Source: a virus
Direction: 5' to 3' (one strand)
DNA: 48,586 bases
Virus record (IMG/VR): IMGVR_UViG_3300029915_000040
How positions within the stretch are numbered: the stretch's first letter is position 1; every line of letters starts with the position of its first letter. Position numbers and translations under genes: made by a program. The notes below the pieces were generated by a model that had not been told where the DNA came from, searched no databases, and saw nothing but the letters and a program-made list of their open reading frames with translations. Below, piece after piece: positions 39,429 to 48,586 of this stretch.

Positions 39429-39881
39429 TTATACCCTGTTCCACAAATCAATCTCAGCCTGCCGTCGCGCCACCATGCCGGACTGAATCTGCTCGACCCC
39501 ATGCGCATCCTTGGCGTATATCCAGCCGTGCTGCGTCCCGTCTCCGGCCACGCGGTAAAGCTGGTAAGGCACTTGGTCTACCCCATGCGCAAGGAGCTGC
39601 CCCAGGGCACCCACGCCGCATTCGTGCGTGAAGTCTGAGAGGACGTCCCATTGGTTCTGCGTCAGCTTCAGGTTGTGCGCCGCGATAGCCTTGTCCCACT
39701 TGGCAACGTCATCTTCGAGAATGATCCATGCTTGAAGTTTGGTGATGCCGTGGGGATAGCTCTCTCCGACTAGAAGATCATGGCCGTAACCGATGACACT
39801 GTGCCCGCAATCCGGCTTGACTGTGGCCGTAAATCCTTCCCGTGCTGCGATGAAATCCAATCCCGCTTCTGATGTGTGCAT
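39429..39881 (-). CDS. Endolysin (GH24 T4/lambda-type lysozyme)
   Basis: Trimmed to the ATG at 39881, after GAGGGAG. Motif GLDFIAAREGFTATVKPDCGHSVIGYGHDL. Confidence 0.75.
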   Translation of the reverse strand: MHTSEAGLDFIAAREGFTATVKPDCGHSVIGYGHDLLVGESYPHGITKLQAWIILEDDVAKWDKAIAAHNLKLTQNQWDVLSDFTHECGVGALGQLLAHGVDQVPYQLYRVAGDGTQHGWIYAKDAHGVEQIQSGMVARRQAEIDLWNRV

Positions 39882-39990
39882 GCTCCCTCTTTCTCTACCA
39901 TTTTGTCCACTCAAGCAAAATGGTTACCTCATGAAAAATGAGCCGCTAGTTGTCAAATCTAGCGGCTCCCCAAGTGTGTGCAGTGGAAGG

Positions 39991-40326
39991 TTAGACGATC
40001 TCTGACAACGGCTGTAGCGAAGACGGATCAATCGCGATCTGCGCCTTCTGGTAGGCCGCAATAGCCGCTTGCAGGTCGTTCACACCCTCGCTGATATCGC
40101 CCAGGATTACCGGGCTGAGACTGGTGTCTGCCTGAAGTGCGGTAAGCGCCGTCTGGAGCGCCGTTAAGCTTGAAGCAACTGGCGTCTTGGTTTGGATGCC
40201 GGTGATTATCTGGCCGAGAGCCGTAATCATGGCCGGAATAAGGTTGTCGATGCTGCTCGATACGCCGAACCCTTTGAGAACGGCCGGAAGAAGCGTGCTG
40301 ATGAGCGTAAGGATGGTCAGAAGCAT
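39991..40326 (-). CDS. N-terminal-TM helical protein (possible i-spanin-like)
   Basis: TM segment MLLTILTLISTLLPAVLKGFGV, followed by Ala/Leu/Gln-rich helices. Confidence 0.35.
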   Translation of the reverse strand: MLLTILTLISTLLPAVLKGFGVSSSIDNLIPAMITALGQIITGIQTKTPVASSLTALQTALTALQADTSLSPVILGDISEGVNDLQAAIAAYQKAQIAIDPSSLQPLSEIV

Positions 40327-40757
40327 TATTTCACCTCTTGGACGAGCGTCTGAATCGCGCTCAGATTCTGTGTAACGGCCAGCATGGCGTCAATGAGTTG
40401 CTGAGGCTCTCCGGCTGCGGGGTTGGCCACAAGTAGGGCATGATAGCTTCCCACGGCGCACGGTTGGCCTTGGGCGGGAGCGCCACAGTAGATGCGGTCG
40501 GCTGCATTCAGGGATGCAATGAACTTGTTTACCACCGCTTTCTCGGTAGCATCTGGCGTGTGCTTGCCAGCGACTACGTTGGATTGGTAATTGACCACGG
40601 CGGCATGAGCAGCTTCGAGGTTGGCGCTGATACGGGCGTCCGTGGCGTTGATGGCGTTCGCGGGGAGCGGCGTGTTTGCAGCCTTGCACCCAACGAACAG
40701 GGATATGGCCAGCATAAGGCTGGCGAATAGAGTAAATCGTTTCACTGAAAGCCTCAT
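40326..40757 (-). CDS. Lipoprotein (possible o-spanin or exclusion lipoprotein)
   Basis: Trimmed to the ATG at 40757. Lipobox in MRLSVKRFTLFASLMLAISLFVGC. Confidence 0.45.
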   Translation of the reverse strand: MRLSVKRFTLFASLMLAISLFVGCKAANTPLPANAINATDARISANLEAAHAAVVNYQSNVVAGKHTPDATEKAVVNKFIASLNAADRIYCGAPAQGQPCAVGSYHALLVANPAAGEPQQLIDAMLAVTQNLSAIQTLVQEVK

Positions 40758-41020
40758 TTCGTTACGACTGTGGTTTCGGTTGACGCGGGAACCGCTGGCG
40801 TGGTGACGGTCGTTGCGGTAGTGGTCACGGTGTTTGTCGGCAGCGCATCGTTCTGAAGCATTCCGACCCACACGCGGGCAATGGCGGCAGCACAGGTAAG
40901 AACGCCGCACACTTCTGTGGCCTTGGGGTTTGCTGTGGTAGCGAGGTAGGCTGTGAGCGGTCCCACAGTGCCGATGAATGCCGCCAACAGGCCAGCGGTA
41001 GTTGTCTTCCAATTGCTCAT
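40754..41020 (-). CDS. Two-TM small membrane protein (putative holin)
   Basis: Trimmed to the ATG at 41020. Sequence MSNWKTTTAGLLAAFIGTVGPLTAYLA...VCGVLTCAAAIARVWVGML. Confidence 0.45.
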   Translation of the reverse strand: MSNWKTTTAGLLAAFIGTVGPLTAYLATTANPKATEVCGVLTCAAAIARVWVGMLQNDALPTNTVTTTATTVTTPAVPASTETTVVTK

Positions 41021-41153
41021 TCGGTTTCGTCCTTGTCTTTCATGTCGTCGGGATCGGGCAAGTCCGACTTGTTGGGAATTCCCGTAGGAACATCGCAATT
41101 GACTGGCCCGGGCTTCTGCGGAAACGGATACCCGGTTGGATCAGGTGTCGTAC

Positions 41154-41717
41154 TCATTGGTTGCCTCCATTAGCAATTGGCGGGATTCCCGCGTCCTGCG
41201 GCTTTTGGTTAGATGATACTCCCGACTGAAGATGTTGGAAGTAGGATTTGTGCGGATTCTGCGGAGCGGGAACTATGAGCGGCGGCGTAGGGTTGTTCTG
41301 GTAGTAGCGGGTCCAGTCGTCTGCTATCTTGTTGAGAATCACTGCGCGGTCCCATCCCTTTTGGCACAGGAACCCGAGGAGGGCCAGCATCGCAACAGCG
41401 ACTATTCCATTGCGCCACTGTGAATTTCTGCGGCGTTCCCTATCGCGCTCTGCCAGCGCCGCTCGTTCCTCAAGAAGCTCAGCCTGCGCCTTGTCTTCAT
41501 CTTTTGTACGCTGCACCCAAGCGCTGTGAAAATCGCGGAACTCATAAGATAGTCCGCTCTTTCCATCTTCGCCGTTGTATAAGTCGGCGCGGATTCTCTC
41601 AAGCGATTGAATGTTCTGAGCCATAGGGCATCCAAGTTTATGCTCATTCAGTGCGGCTCCGATAGCGTTTCTTACTGCTTCCATGATTTCAATCTTGTCA
41701 TCTTCCAAGTTGCCCAT
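41154..41717 (-). CDS. Membrane-anchored hypothetical protein (187 aa)
   Basis: Charged coiled-coil-like N-terminal half and a central TM segment (IVAVAMLALLGFLC). Confidence 0.45.
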   Translation of the reverse strand: MGNLEDDKIEIMEAVRNAIGAALNEHKLGCPMAQNIQSLERIRADLYNGEDGKSGLSYEFRDFHSAWVQRTKDEDKAQAELLEERAALAERDRERRRNSQWRNGIVAVAMLALLGFLCQKGWDRAVILNKIADDWTRYYQNNPTPPLIVPAPQNPHKSYFQHLQSGVSSNQKPQDAGIPPIANGGNQ

Positions 41718-41835
41718 TTCATCTCCTGGCCCTCGTACTCTAAAACCCCGATCCCGCCATTACTGCATCTTCATCGGGTCCTACTCAGGCACCGCAGTGC
41801 GCACAGCGACGTTGCCTTCAAGTCGCCCGGATTGT

Positions 41836-42135
41836 CTACGGGAGTACAACATTGCCGATGACCGGCACGGCACTCACCGACGCAAGCCAGTTTGCCTTTT
41901 GCGCTGCCGCAATAGGTAGCGCCGCTTGCACCGCCGTCTGTGCTGTATAAGGCACCGCAGGGACAGCCGCCGTCAGGATCGTAATTCCGTCGCTGGCGTA
42001 GACCGCTGGTGTGCCGACAGGGGCCGGAACGTGGACATCCGTCTCCCCGGTGATCCCCGCGCCATTATCAAACAGGAAGCCGAAGTCAAAGCTCCCGTCG
42101 CCGTTTTGCTGCATACTTACAACTTTGTCTGCCAT
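41836..42135 (-). CDS. Hypothetical protein (99 aa)
   Basis: AAGGAG RBS; track ORF. Confidence 0.5.
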   Translation of the reverse strand: MADKVVSMQQNGDGSFDFGFLFDNGAGITGETDVHVPAPVGTPAVYASDGITILTAAVPAVPYTAQTAVQAALPIAAAQKANWLASVSAVPVIGNVVLP

Positions 42136-42145
42136 GATAATCTCC

Positions 42146-42241
42146 TTAGTTTCCGTCGCAGTGATAGAACAGGTTGCCGGTCAGTGCCGGAAAAGTGAAC
42201 GTAACCGTTGTGTTGCTCTGCGCCGTGAGTTCCTGCTTCAT
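42146..42241 (-). CDS. Possible micro-protein (31 aa)
   Basis: Sequence MKQELTAQSNTTVTFTFPALTGNLFYHCDGN, with GGAGG 10 nt upstream. Confidence 0.25.
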   Translation of the reverse strand: MKQELTAQSNTTVTFTFPALTGNLFYHCDGN

Positions 42242-42297
42242 GCCCCGAATTACCTCCCATCTGATGATTAGGTAACGTTCAGATGTATTCAACGACG

Positions 42298-45200
42298 CTA
42301 CTGCATCTGGTAAAGCGTGGCGCTCCATCTGTAGGTTGGGGTGCCTGTGACGCCGCTCAAAAATAGTTCGACTTGAATAGCCGCTGCGTCGCTCCAGAAC
42401 GGTTCGCAGGCTTTAGCTCCGGCCCATTGCGTAGTCGTCGTACCGAGATTCGCCACCACCTGACCATTAGCACCTGTGTTGACCGCGCCAGCGTCGGTAT
42501 GCCCATCCGTGGTATAGCTGCGATAGACCTCGGCCTGTGTCTGAGCACTCGGGGCGACGGTGATTCTCATGTCTCCGCAGAGCAGAAATTCGCCTGCGCT
42601 TCCCGGCGTGTAGATCGTGGTTAGTCCGGTTGAAGTTGTTCCTGAGTAAAGCGAGCTTGCTACTTTGGCAACTGGTTTCCACATTCCACCTGTACCGAGC
42701 AAAGAAGCCGCGGTACCACTGGTGTTGTTTGTCAGGGTGGCCCCGCTGGCGTCCACAAGCTGCCCATTGGAGTTAGTGCCTACTACGGTCTTACTGGTCG
42801 GAACCGCTGCCCCATTTATCGCCTTCACCGTGGCCAACACAGGCGTTGACGCATTGCCCTGCGCCGTCACATCACCATTTAGCGCATAGATCGCCGTCGC
42901 GCTCGTGTAGTCAATGGCTGCCGTGGTGGTCTGGGCGTAGCTAGAAATGCCGATGGATTTATAGGATAACTGCGATTCAGACACCAACGCCGTCATCGTG
43001 TCAGTGCCAAAAGCCGCTGGTTTTGCGGTAAAAAGAACCCATTGGGTACTCGTAGCGGCAACCGACGTTGTGAAATTAAAGCATGACCATGATCCAACTG
43101 TAAGAGTCACTTGAGCGTTTCCGTATCCGACCACACCAAGGAACACAACTGGATTCGTGATCGAACCGCCGCCGATGGCGGTTGCAGCAGTAGGCTTGAT
43201 ACAGACCCTTTCGTAAGCCATATGAGGGTTTGTGGCTCCCGAGACGGTCTGGATCAGTTCTGAATAGGCGGTATTGGTCAAATCTCCGTTCAGATTAAAC
43301 GCGACTTGTTGCGTAGCGTAACCATTGGGATCGAGCACGGCACTGGTTGTCACAACCGGATTGCTCCCCAATCCCGAATGAGAAGGAACCCACGCGCCAT
43401 TGGTCAGATCACCTGAATAAAGAAGTTGGTTCTGAGGCGTAGTCGATGAGGGTGCCCAAGGGATTGCGCCCTTGACTCCGTTCGCCATTACGCCATACTG
43501 CAAAGGCTGAGGTCCGGTTGAAGTAGTCTCAATGTGAGGGTACAAACCAGAAGCATTGTCGGCTCCCCCAAAGAGAAGATCCACGCTATCAGAATAGGTT
43601 GAAACCGTGCTCCCAACGATGACGAACCGGAGTAGATCGGTAGTCGCAGCGGTACTCGGGGGCGTTGACACGGACGGTCTGATCCATCCGTTGTCAGGGT
43701 AGTTAGGATTAGCCCACCCAATGTCATACTCTTCACCGTTTGCCCCGTCTGCGACGTCGATCTTGAATACCACGTTGCCGCCGCTCACGTAGCTACACGT
43801 CGTATTAGGCGCCGCCACCGTCACGGTATTGGTGCCTGTTGCGGTGACCGTCGCCGCAGTTGCGTTGCAGGAGGACGGGTTGACGTTTGCGACCGTGTAA
43901 GGTTTGCCGCTTACTGCGCCAGCCGTTGTCAAGCCACCGCAGGAAGCGATTTCGGAAAGCGTATAGGTGATGGTAGCTCCTGTGCCCGACCCGCTGACGC
44001 TGGCACCTGTTACCTGCACATTCGACTTCAGCCACGCCGATCCTACCACCGGATGCGGGTTTGTGAGACCCGTCAAAGACTGCGTAATGCTGGAACTGTC
44101 TCCTGTCGTTGTTCCCCCATTCAGTGCAAGTACAAGGCACGAAACTGTACTTGTGTTCTGCGGATCGTTGGGCGTTGCCACGCCGCTCACGTTCGTTGGT
44201 GCAGGCAAACTACCGGCACCAAGGTTGGCCGGAACCCAAGAAAGACACGTTAAATCCTCTGAGCAAGTCAGGCGGTTTTCCAGCACACCGACCGGGGCCG
44301 CACCTTCGATGGACTTGTTGTTCTCCCACGCAGTAGTGCCGGGTCCGACGATCTGTGAGACAACAGGAGATTTACTTCCGCTGATCCAGTTGTTCCGCCC
44401 CGGCCTCGTCAAAGTCCCTGCGTTGTAAATTAAAGCATTTCCGGTCGATGCCGGAGGCTCAAACATATTCCACTCGACACTCACGTTGGTACTGGTTGCA
44501 CCGATATAGAGAGGCGACACCGGCACAGTTGGCACCTGATCTACACCCAGCGTGTTGCCCATAACCAGAGCATTTCCCACGGCGGAGGTCCCGTCTCCCA
44601 CTGTGAGCGTTCCGGTCGTGCAGCCTTGCGAGAAGTATTGCGATATGCCAAGCTCGTTGTAGATGAAGCTCGCCCCATAACCTCCGGCATAGAGAATGGG
44701 ACAGTCTCCCGAGGTCACGCTGTTGTGCTCAAAGAGCGTATCGACCGCCCCGCTGATCTCGGAGTAGTAAATCCCATGCGGAGCGTTGATGTGGTTGTGC
44801 CGGATTAGGTTCGTGTCCCCGGCATTTCGCATGTAGATTCCAGCGGACATGAAGTTGTCGGCAATCGTGGAGACGAATAAACCACCGTTGGAGTTTTGTG
44901 CGGACTGGTTTGGAGCCACGCCGCCCGAAGTCGCATTGTTCATAAAAAAGGAATAGCCGGAAGTGGTCCCGAAGAATCGGTTGTTAATCCAGCGATTCAT
45001 AAATCCGCCCTGATTGCTGGCGTCAAAGCGGAGCCAGTAGCGCACGTTCGCGCCGCCCGGAAGCCAAGTATTCGGCGCAGATGCTTCCACAAATGTTTGG
45101 TTTTGATTCGTCACATTCTGGTAGTAGTATCCATCACCGCCAAGCCCGCTGCTATATGTACCCGGCTTGATCAAGAAGCCGTCCATCCCACTTGCCACGT

Positions 45201-47283
45201 TGAACTGGAGAAGTCCGTTCTGGCCGTTGATAGGAAGCGGTGTCGTAATAGCAGCGATTTGTCCATCCGAAAGGGTTGAGTCGAACAGGTAGAGTGGCGT
45301 CTGCGGAGGCAGATAAAAAGGGTTGACGCTTGGCTGCGTAGTTGGGCTTGCAGCCACGGCGTTGCGAATCGTAGTCGTATCCGCGCTTGTGTTCGTAGCA
45401 CCGAAAGATACCGAAGTCTTCGCCGCAACGGTGCTAAAGGTTCCGGTGCCCGGAAACGTGCTGACCTGCGAACTTGTGCCAAGCGTGCCAGTCTGTGTTA
45501 CGCCTGTGATGTTCAGGTTCGCTCCCGCTGCTGTGGTTGCGCCTGTGCCGCCCGACGCCGGAAGCAATGGCGATCCAAGCGTCTCACTGCCCGCCGCCGA
45601 AAAATTACCAGCGTCATCCAGCGAGGCTATTGGTGCAGTAAAACCGCTGTTAAGTATTTGCAGTACACCCGCTGAAATCCTGAAAAATTTGTGCGGTGTA
45701 ACCGCCGCCGCCGTGGTGTCGAACATATCGAGCGTTGCAGCAGAAGAACCCCCACCATTCACCATGACTTGAGCACCCGTAAAAGTTCCACGACCTTGAG
45801 CGTTAATCGAAGCCAGCCCGTTACTCATACTGAAGTAGTCGCTGAGGTACAGATCGCGACAGGTGAAACTTGGATCACACAGGTTGTAAGCGTTTGTCAC
45901 ATTAGGAATTAGCGAATTGTTAAACCCAAACTGCCAATATGAGTCTGCCTGATCGTTGTTTCCGAAATAGGTGCTCTGTGGAAGCAGGTTCAACACTCCA
46001 GTTCCATACGAGCCGACGTTAATTAGGTTCCCTACAACCGAACTTCCCATCGGCAGCACATTTACTTGTGCAGGTTCGTTGACCATGTACCGATATCGGT
46101 AACCTCCTCCACCCAAAAACACATTGCCTGTAACGGATGCATTGCAGTCTTGCAGGTGGATTGCGTCGTAGGTATTGTCGGTCTTGAGCATATTGTTTAT
46201 CGTGAATTGGTTTCCGGTGATCGTATGAAATCCCACCGACCAAGCCATTAGCGATCCATCACAGTTGAAGTCATTTCCACCGTTGCCGCCAAACTGAGTA
46301 TTACTAACCAACCATCCTTGAGAAGTAAAAAGCGGCGAAAGGGCCGGGATCACATTTACTCCGCCCATTGCATTACCACCGATATCACTGTGGTCTAAAC
46401 GGACGACTGCGAACCCTACTGCTTCGATTCCGTACCGACCGTTGCTTTCAAACTCTGTGCCACTGATGAACGTGTCTCCAGTACGCTCGCCATACAAGCC
46501 CGAACCACCGTTGTCGATCGAAAACGAGTTGGTGATCTTCCCGCAACATGACTCGTTATTCGTGCCGGTGGAGTGAATCCAAATGCCGTGGGATGTCGCG
46601 TTCTGAGTGGTAACGTGGCGCAGTTCAAAGCGTCCAGATCGGTCAACCTCGATTGCAACTCCACTGGCTGACGTTCCACCATTTACTTTGTTGCCATCCA
46701 CTACAAGGTTATCAACCACATTTTCGGCTCCGGAAGCTGATCCCAACACTAAAACAGCCGCGAGGTTCGCACCGTTGGCTGCTTGTAAATAGGCGCTTCC
46801 GTGTAGCAGATCGCCAATTTCACTAGGTGATGGCTGCCCCACAATAGATGCCCCATTTCCGGCCAGCGTAACGCTTGCTGACGTGGTATAGACTCCACCC
46901 TGCACAAAGCGCAGCGTGTGATTATGAGAGAGCGTCACTGCCGTAGTCCACGCCATTCCACACGACTGATTCACGTCAATTTCAACCGGAATACTCGAAA
47001 ATGCCGCGTCTGTGGCCATGATCTTCGCACCGCAATCAGCGCCGGGGTACATGGCTGCGTTGGCAATACCGTTCGTCGTGGCCGCCGCGACGGTGCCTGA
47101 GAACGATGCGCTGGTGCCGGTGAGTGCGCCATCTAATTGCGTCGGCCCAGTCACTTCAAGGCCAATACCATTCGTCGCCGTACCCTTTATCTTGGTAGGC
47201 CCCTGGGTGGTCTGTGCAAGCGCATCGACGGGGATGAGCATGAAGAGCGAAAGAGCGAAAATCGTAAGAACTGTTCTGCGCAT
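42298..47283 (-). CDS. Giant (1661 aa) beta-helix protein with an N-terminal signal-peptide-like sequence; putative tail spike/depolymerase
   Basis: N-terminus MRRTVLTIFALSLFMLIPVDALAQ. There are two regions of parallel beta-helix-type repeats (NGGSGLYGERTGDTFISGTEFESNGRYGIEAVG...; IYMRNAGDTNLIRHNHINAPHGIYYSE...). It lies after the tail-fibre genes. Confidence 0.65.
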   Translation of the reverse strand: MRRTVLTIFALSLFMLIPVDALAQTTQGPTKIKGTATNGIGLEVTGPTQLDGALTGTSASFSGTVAAATTNGIANAAMYPGADCGAKIMATDAAFSSIPVEIDVNQSCGMAWTTAVTLSHNHTLRFVQGGVYTTSASVTLAGNGASIVGQPSPSEIGDLLHGSAYLQAANGANLAAVLVLGSASGAENVVDNLVVDGNKVNGGTSASGVAIEVDRSGRFELRHVTTQNATSHGIWIHSTGTNNESCCGKITNSFSIDNGGSGLYGERTGDTFISGTEFESNGRYGIEAVGFAVVRLDHSDIGGNAMGGVNVIPALSPLFTSQGWLVSNTQFGGNGGNDFNCDGSLMAWSVGFHTITGNQFTINNMLKTDNTYDAIHLQDCNASVTGNVFLGGGGYRYRYMVNEPAQVNVLPMGSSVVGNLINVGSYGTGVLNLLPQSTYFGNNDQADSYWQFGFNNSLIPNVTNAYNLCDPSFTCRDLYLSDYFSMSNGLASINAQGRGTFTGAQVMVNGGGSSAATLDMFDTTAAAVTPHKFFRISAGVLQILNSGFTAPIASLDDAGNFSAAGSETLGSPLLPASGGTGATTAAGANLNITGVTQTGTLGTSSQVSTFPGTGTFSTVAAKTSVSFGATNTSADTTTIRNAVAASPTTQPSVNPFYLPPQTPLYLFDSTLSDGQIAAITTPLPINGQNGLLQFNVASGMDGFLIKPGTYSSGLGGDGYYYQNVTNQNQTFVEASAPNTWLPGGANVRYWLRFDASNQGGFMNRWINNRFFGTTSGYSFFMNNATSGGVAPNQSAQNSNGGLFVSTIADNFMSAGIYMRNAGDTNLIRHNHINAPHGIYYSEISGAVDTLFEHNSVTSGDCPILYAGGYGASFIYNELGISQYFSQGCTTGTLTVGDGTSAVGNALVMGNTLGVDQVPTVPVSPLYIGATSTNVSVEWNMFEPPASTGNALIYNAGTLTRPGRNNWISGSKSPVVSQIVGPGTTAWENNKSIEGAAPVGVLENRLTCSEDLTCLSWVPANLGAGSLPAPTNVSGVATPNDPQNTSTVSCLVLALNGGTTTGDSSSITQSLTGLTNPHPVVGSAWLKSNVQVTGASVSGSGTGATITYTLSEIASCGGLTTAGAVSGKPYTVANVNPSSCNATAATVTATGTNTVTVAAPNTTCSYVSGGNVVFKIDVADGANGEEYDIGWANPNYPDNGWIRPSVSTPPSTAATTDLLRFVIVGSTVSTYSDSVDLLFGGADNASGLYPHIETTSTGPQPLQYGVMANGVKGAIPWAPSSTTPQNQLLYSGDLTNGAWVPSHSGLGSNPVVTTSAVLDPNGYATQQVAFNLNGDLTNTAYSELIQTVSGATNPHMAYERVCIKPTAATAIGGGSITNPVVFLGVVGYGNAQVTLTVGSWSCFNFTTSVAATSTQWVLFTAKPAAFGTDTMTALVSESQLSYKSIGISSYAQTTTAAIDYTSATAIYALNGDVTAQGNASTPVLATVKAINGAAVPTSKTVVGTNSNGQLVDASGATLTNNTSGTAASLLGTGGMWKPVAKVASSLYSGTTSTGLTTIYTPGSAGEFLLCGDMRITVAPSAQTQAEVYRSYTTDGHTDAGAVNTGANGQVVANLGTTTTQWAGAKACEPFWSDAAAIQVELFLSGVTGTPTYRWSATLYQMQ

Positions 47284-47291
47284 TGTGTCTC

Positions 47292-48023
47292 CTATGAATA
47301 CATCATTGGCCCGACAGCGGTTGCACTGCCATCAGTATTGACCGCGAACATTTGTACGCTGGTTGAATTGGCATCCGTGTTGGGCGTACCAGCATTGAGC
47401 ATATTGCTAGGCCATGCGAACGTGTGACCTCCTGCGCTGTCCTGCACGATACGAACGACGATGATTGTCGGGCCTGACGCGCCATTGATAAACGTGCTGC
47501 TGGTCACGTTGCCAGTCAGGATGATCTTGAATTGAAGGCCTTGCGTAGCATTGATGACTGGAGTCGCGGAAAATGGGATCAGCACAACACCGCTCAGAAC
47601 TACAGATGACCCAGGCGGCCCCTGTATTCCTTGCGGTCCTTGAGGCCCTTCCTGCACCGTCACTTGGGGCGCTAGATTGGGAGGGTAGTTGTCAAGATTG
47701 CATACCCCACCCTGGCACCAGTCGCTTGAATTTATAGCCGTTGCGTGAGGCTGAAGAGTGTCGTATCCGGTTGTAATGCCCGGAACAACGAGTCTGAAGC
47801 AGATGTTCTTGGGAGATGTCTGTGTCGTGTCAGGAAGCTCTACAGAGAATGCGCCGTTGTGCGCTATGACTTCGATTGCGGCATCGGTTACTGTTCCGCC
47901 TCCGCCTACGCGATAAGGAGTAGGCAGTCCGCTTGTCAGGACAGGCTGGAATAGCACGATGCCGCTGTACAGATTGCCCGCCGAATCGCAGAGGTTTGTC
48001 GAAGTCACCGTAACCGTGTTCAT
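47292..48023 (-). CDS. Second tail fibre/receptor-binding protein with a short collagen-like motif
   Basis: Trimmed to the ATG at 48023, after AAGGAG. Contains GPQGPQGIQGPPG. Confidence 0.55.
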   Translation of the reverse strand: MNTVTVTSTNLCDSAGNLYSGIVLFQPVLTSGLPTPYRVGGGGTVTDAAIEVIAHNGAFSVELPDTTQTSPKNICFRLVVPGITTGYDTLQPHATAINSSDWCQGGVCNLDNYPPNLAPQVTVQEGPQGPQGIQGPPGSSVVLSGVVLIPFSATPVINATQGLQFKIILTGNVTSSTFINGASGPTIIVVRIVQDSAGGHTFAWPSNMLNAGTPNTDANSTSVQMFAVNTDGSATAVGPMMYS

Positions 48024-48040
48024 GCGTTCTCCTTTTAGCG

Positions 48041-48586
48041 CTAATACCCTATCGCAAACCACGAAGCCGATGCGCTTGATCCGTTTGCCATGATGTAAAA
48101 TCCAGCAGTACTATTTGGAACACACTGAATGGTTCTGATGTTCGATCCGACGTTATTGTTCATGCTCGCACAGATGGAAAAAACGGCATTCGGAAACGAG
48201 ATAGGGAAGTTCACTGGAACCTGAGAACTATCCGGCAACGTGCCAGTGCTACCCCATTGAAGGATGAGGCCGCTGTCGAGAATCTGATGCCCCGATGTGC
48301 CCGTAAAAGGCGGAGTGCTGCTCGATGCGGATGTCACCCTTCCTTTGGAGTCCACAGTGATATTGGCCCCGCTGTAGCTTCCTGGTGCCACTCCAGATGC
48401 CGCCAAGGTCGCTGTTGCGCTGCCAGGTCCCGACGCAGTCACATCCCCAGTCAATGACGTAATCGCCGCCGTGGAGGCGTTCGACATGTACACATTGGTC
48501 GCATCGCCGTATATCTTTGACGGAGACGAAGGAGGAGCAATAACACCGCTACCAGCCAACGTTTTGCACGTCACAGAAAACGCTCC
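48041..48586 (-). CDS. Tail fibre protein, C-terminal part (same gene as 1..694)
   Basis: The track ORF begins at an internal GTG only because of the window edge. The frame is continuous with 1..694 across the 127-nt overlap. Confidence 0.8.
   Translation of the reverse strand, partial: GAFSVTCKTLAGSGVIAPPSSPSKIYGDATNVYMSNASTAAITSLTGDVTASGPGSATATLAASGVAPGSYSGANITVDSKGRVTSASSSTPPFTGTSGHQILDSGLILQWGSTGTLPDSSQVPVNFPISFPNAVFSICASMNNNVGSNIRTIQCVPNSTAGFYIMANGSSASASWFAIGY
48460..48586. repeat. Terminal direct repeat, copy 2
   Basis: Identical to 1..127. Confidence 0.9.

Noticed and set aside
47990-48010. One-nucleotide discrepancy between the printed sequence and the ORF track near 48000/48001
   Set aside because: By my manual count the printed text reads gtttgtc|cgaagt across the line break. 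The track protein (VTSTNLCDS) requires gtttgtcgaagt. The last printed line also has 47 rather than 46 characters. I treat this as a formatting or miscount issue rather than a real frameshift, and I used ORF-track coordinates for everything beyond 48000.

Overview
The window looks like a complete, circularly closing genome (about 48.46 kb unique) of a contractile-tailed dsDNA phage. The first 127 nt are repeated verbatim as the last 127 nt, and a tail-fibre gene reads in frame through that junction.

Layout:
- Minus strand, 24778 down through the window ends to 39429 (about 34 kb): one late module. Order is small terminase, a tRNA-like element, a GIY-YIG endonuclease, large terminase, portal, Mu-F-like head protein, scaffold-like protein, decoration-like protein, major capsid, a second GIY-YIG endonuclease, head-tail connectors, sheath, tube, frameshifted chaperone pair, tape measure, Mu/P2-like baseplate, tail fibres, a 1661-aa beta-helix protein, and a lysis cassette.
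- Plus strand, 25101..39376: about 40 mostly small early genes, heavily chained by ATGA/GTGA start-stop overlaps. Recognisable products are a pentapeptide-repeat protein, an excisionase-type HTH, a ParB-like protein, an Erf recombinase, KTSC-like proteins, a DUF2829/Tad2-like protein, a compact C5-methyltransferase-like protein, an HNH nuclease and a VRR-NUC nuclease.
- I could not recognise an integrase, repressor, polymerase, primase or helicase.

Most unusual observations:
1. The large terminase carries a Hint-type intein. Its HNH homing endonuclease is a complete ORF in a different reading frame, yet the intein frame stays stop-free across it.
2. A tRNA-like gene has canonical acceptor, D and T arms but 31 nt in place of the anticodon loop. 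Those 31 nt fold into a nested anticodon-like hairpin, and the whole element lies inside a stop-free ORF coupled to a GIY-YIG gene.
3. A two-gene opposite-strand cassette with a near-consensus promoter sits inside the late operon. A 265-codon stop-free antisense frame spans it, with overlap junctions at both ends.
4. Lesser items: a 20-bp element containing a 16-bp palindrome, present three times; a 740-bp ORF-free region; and several repeat proteins.

All family assignments are motif recognition by eye. No searches were run.
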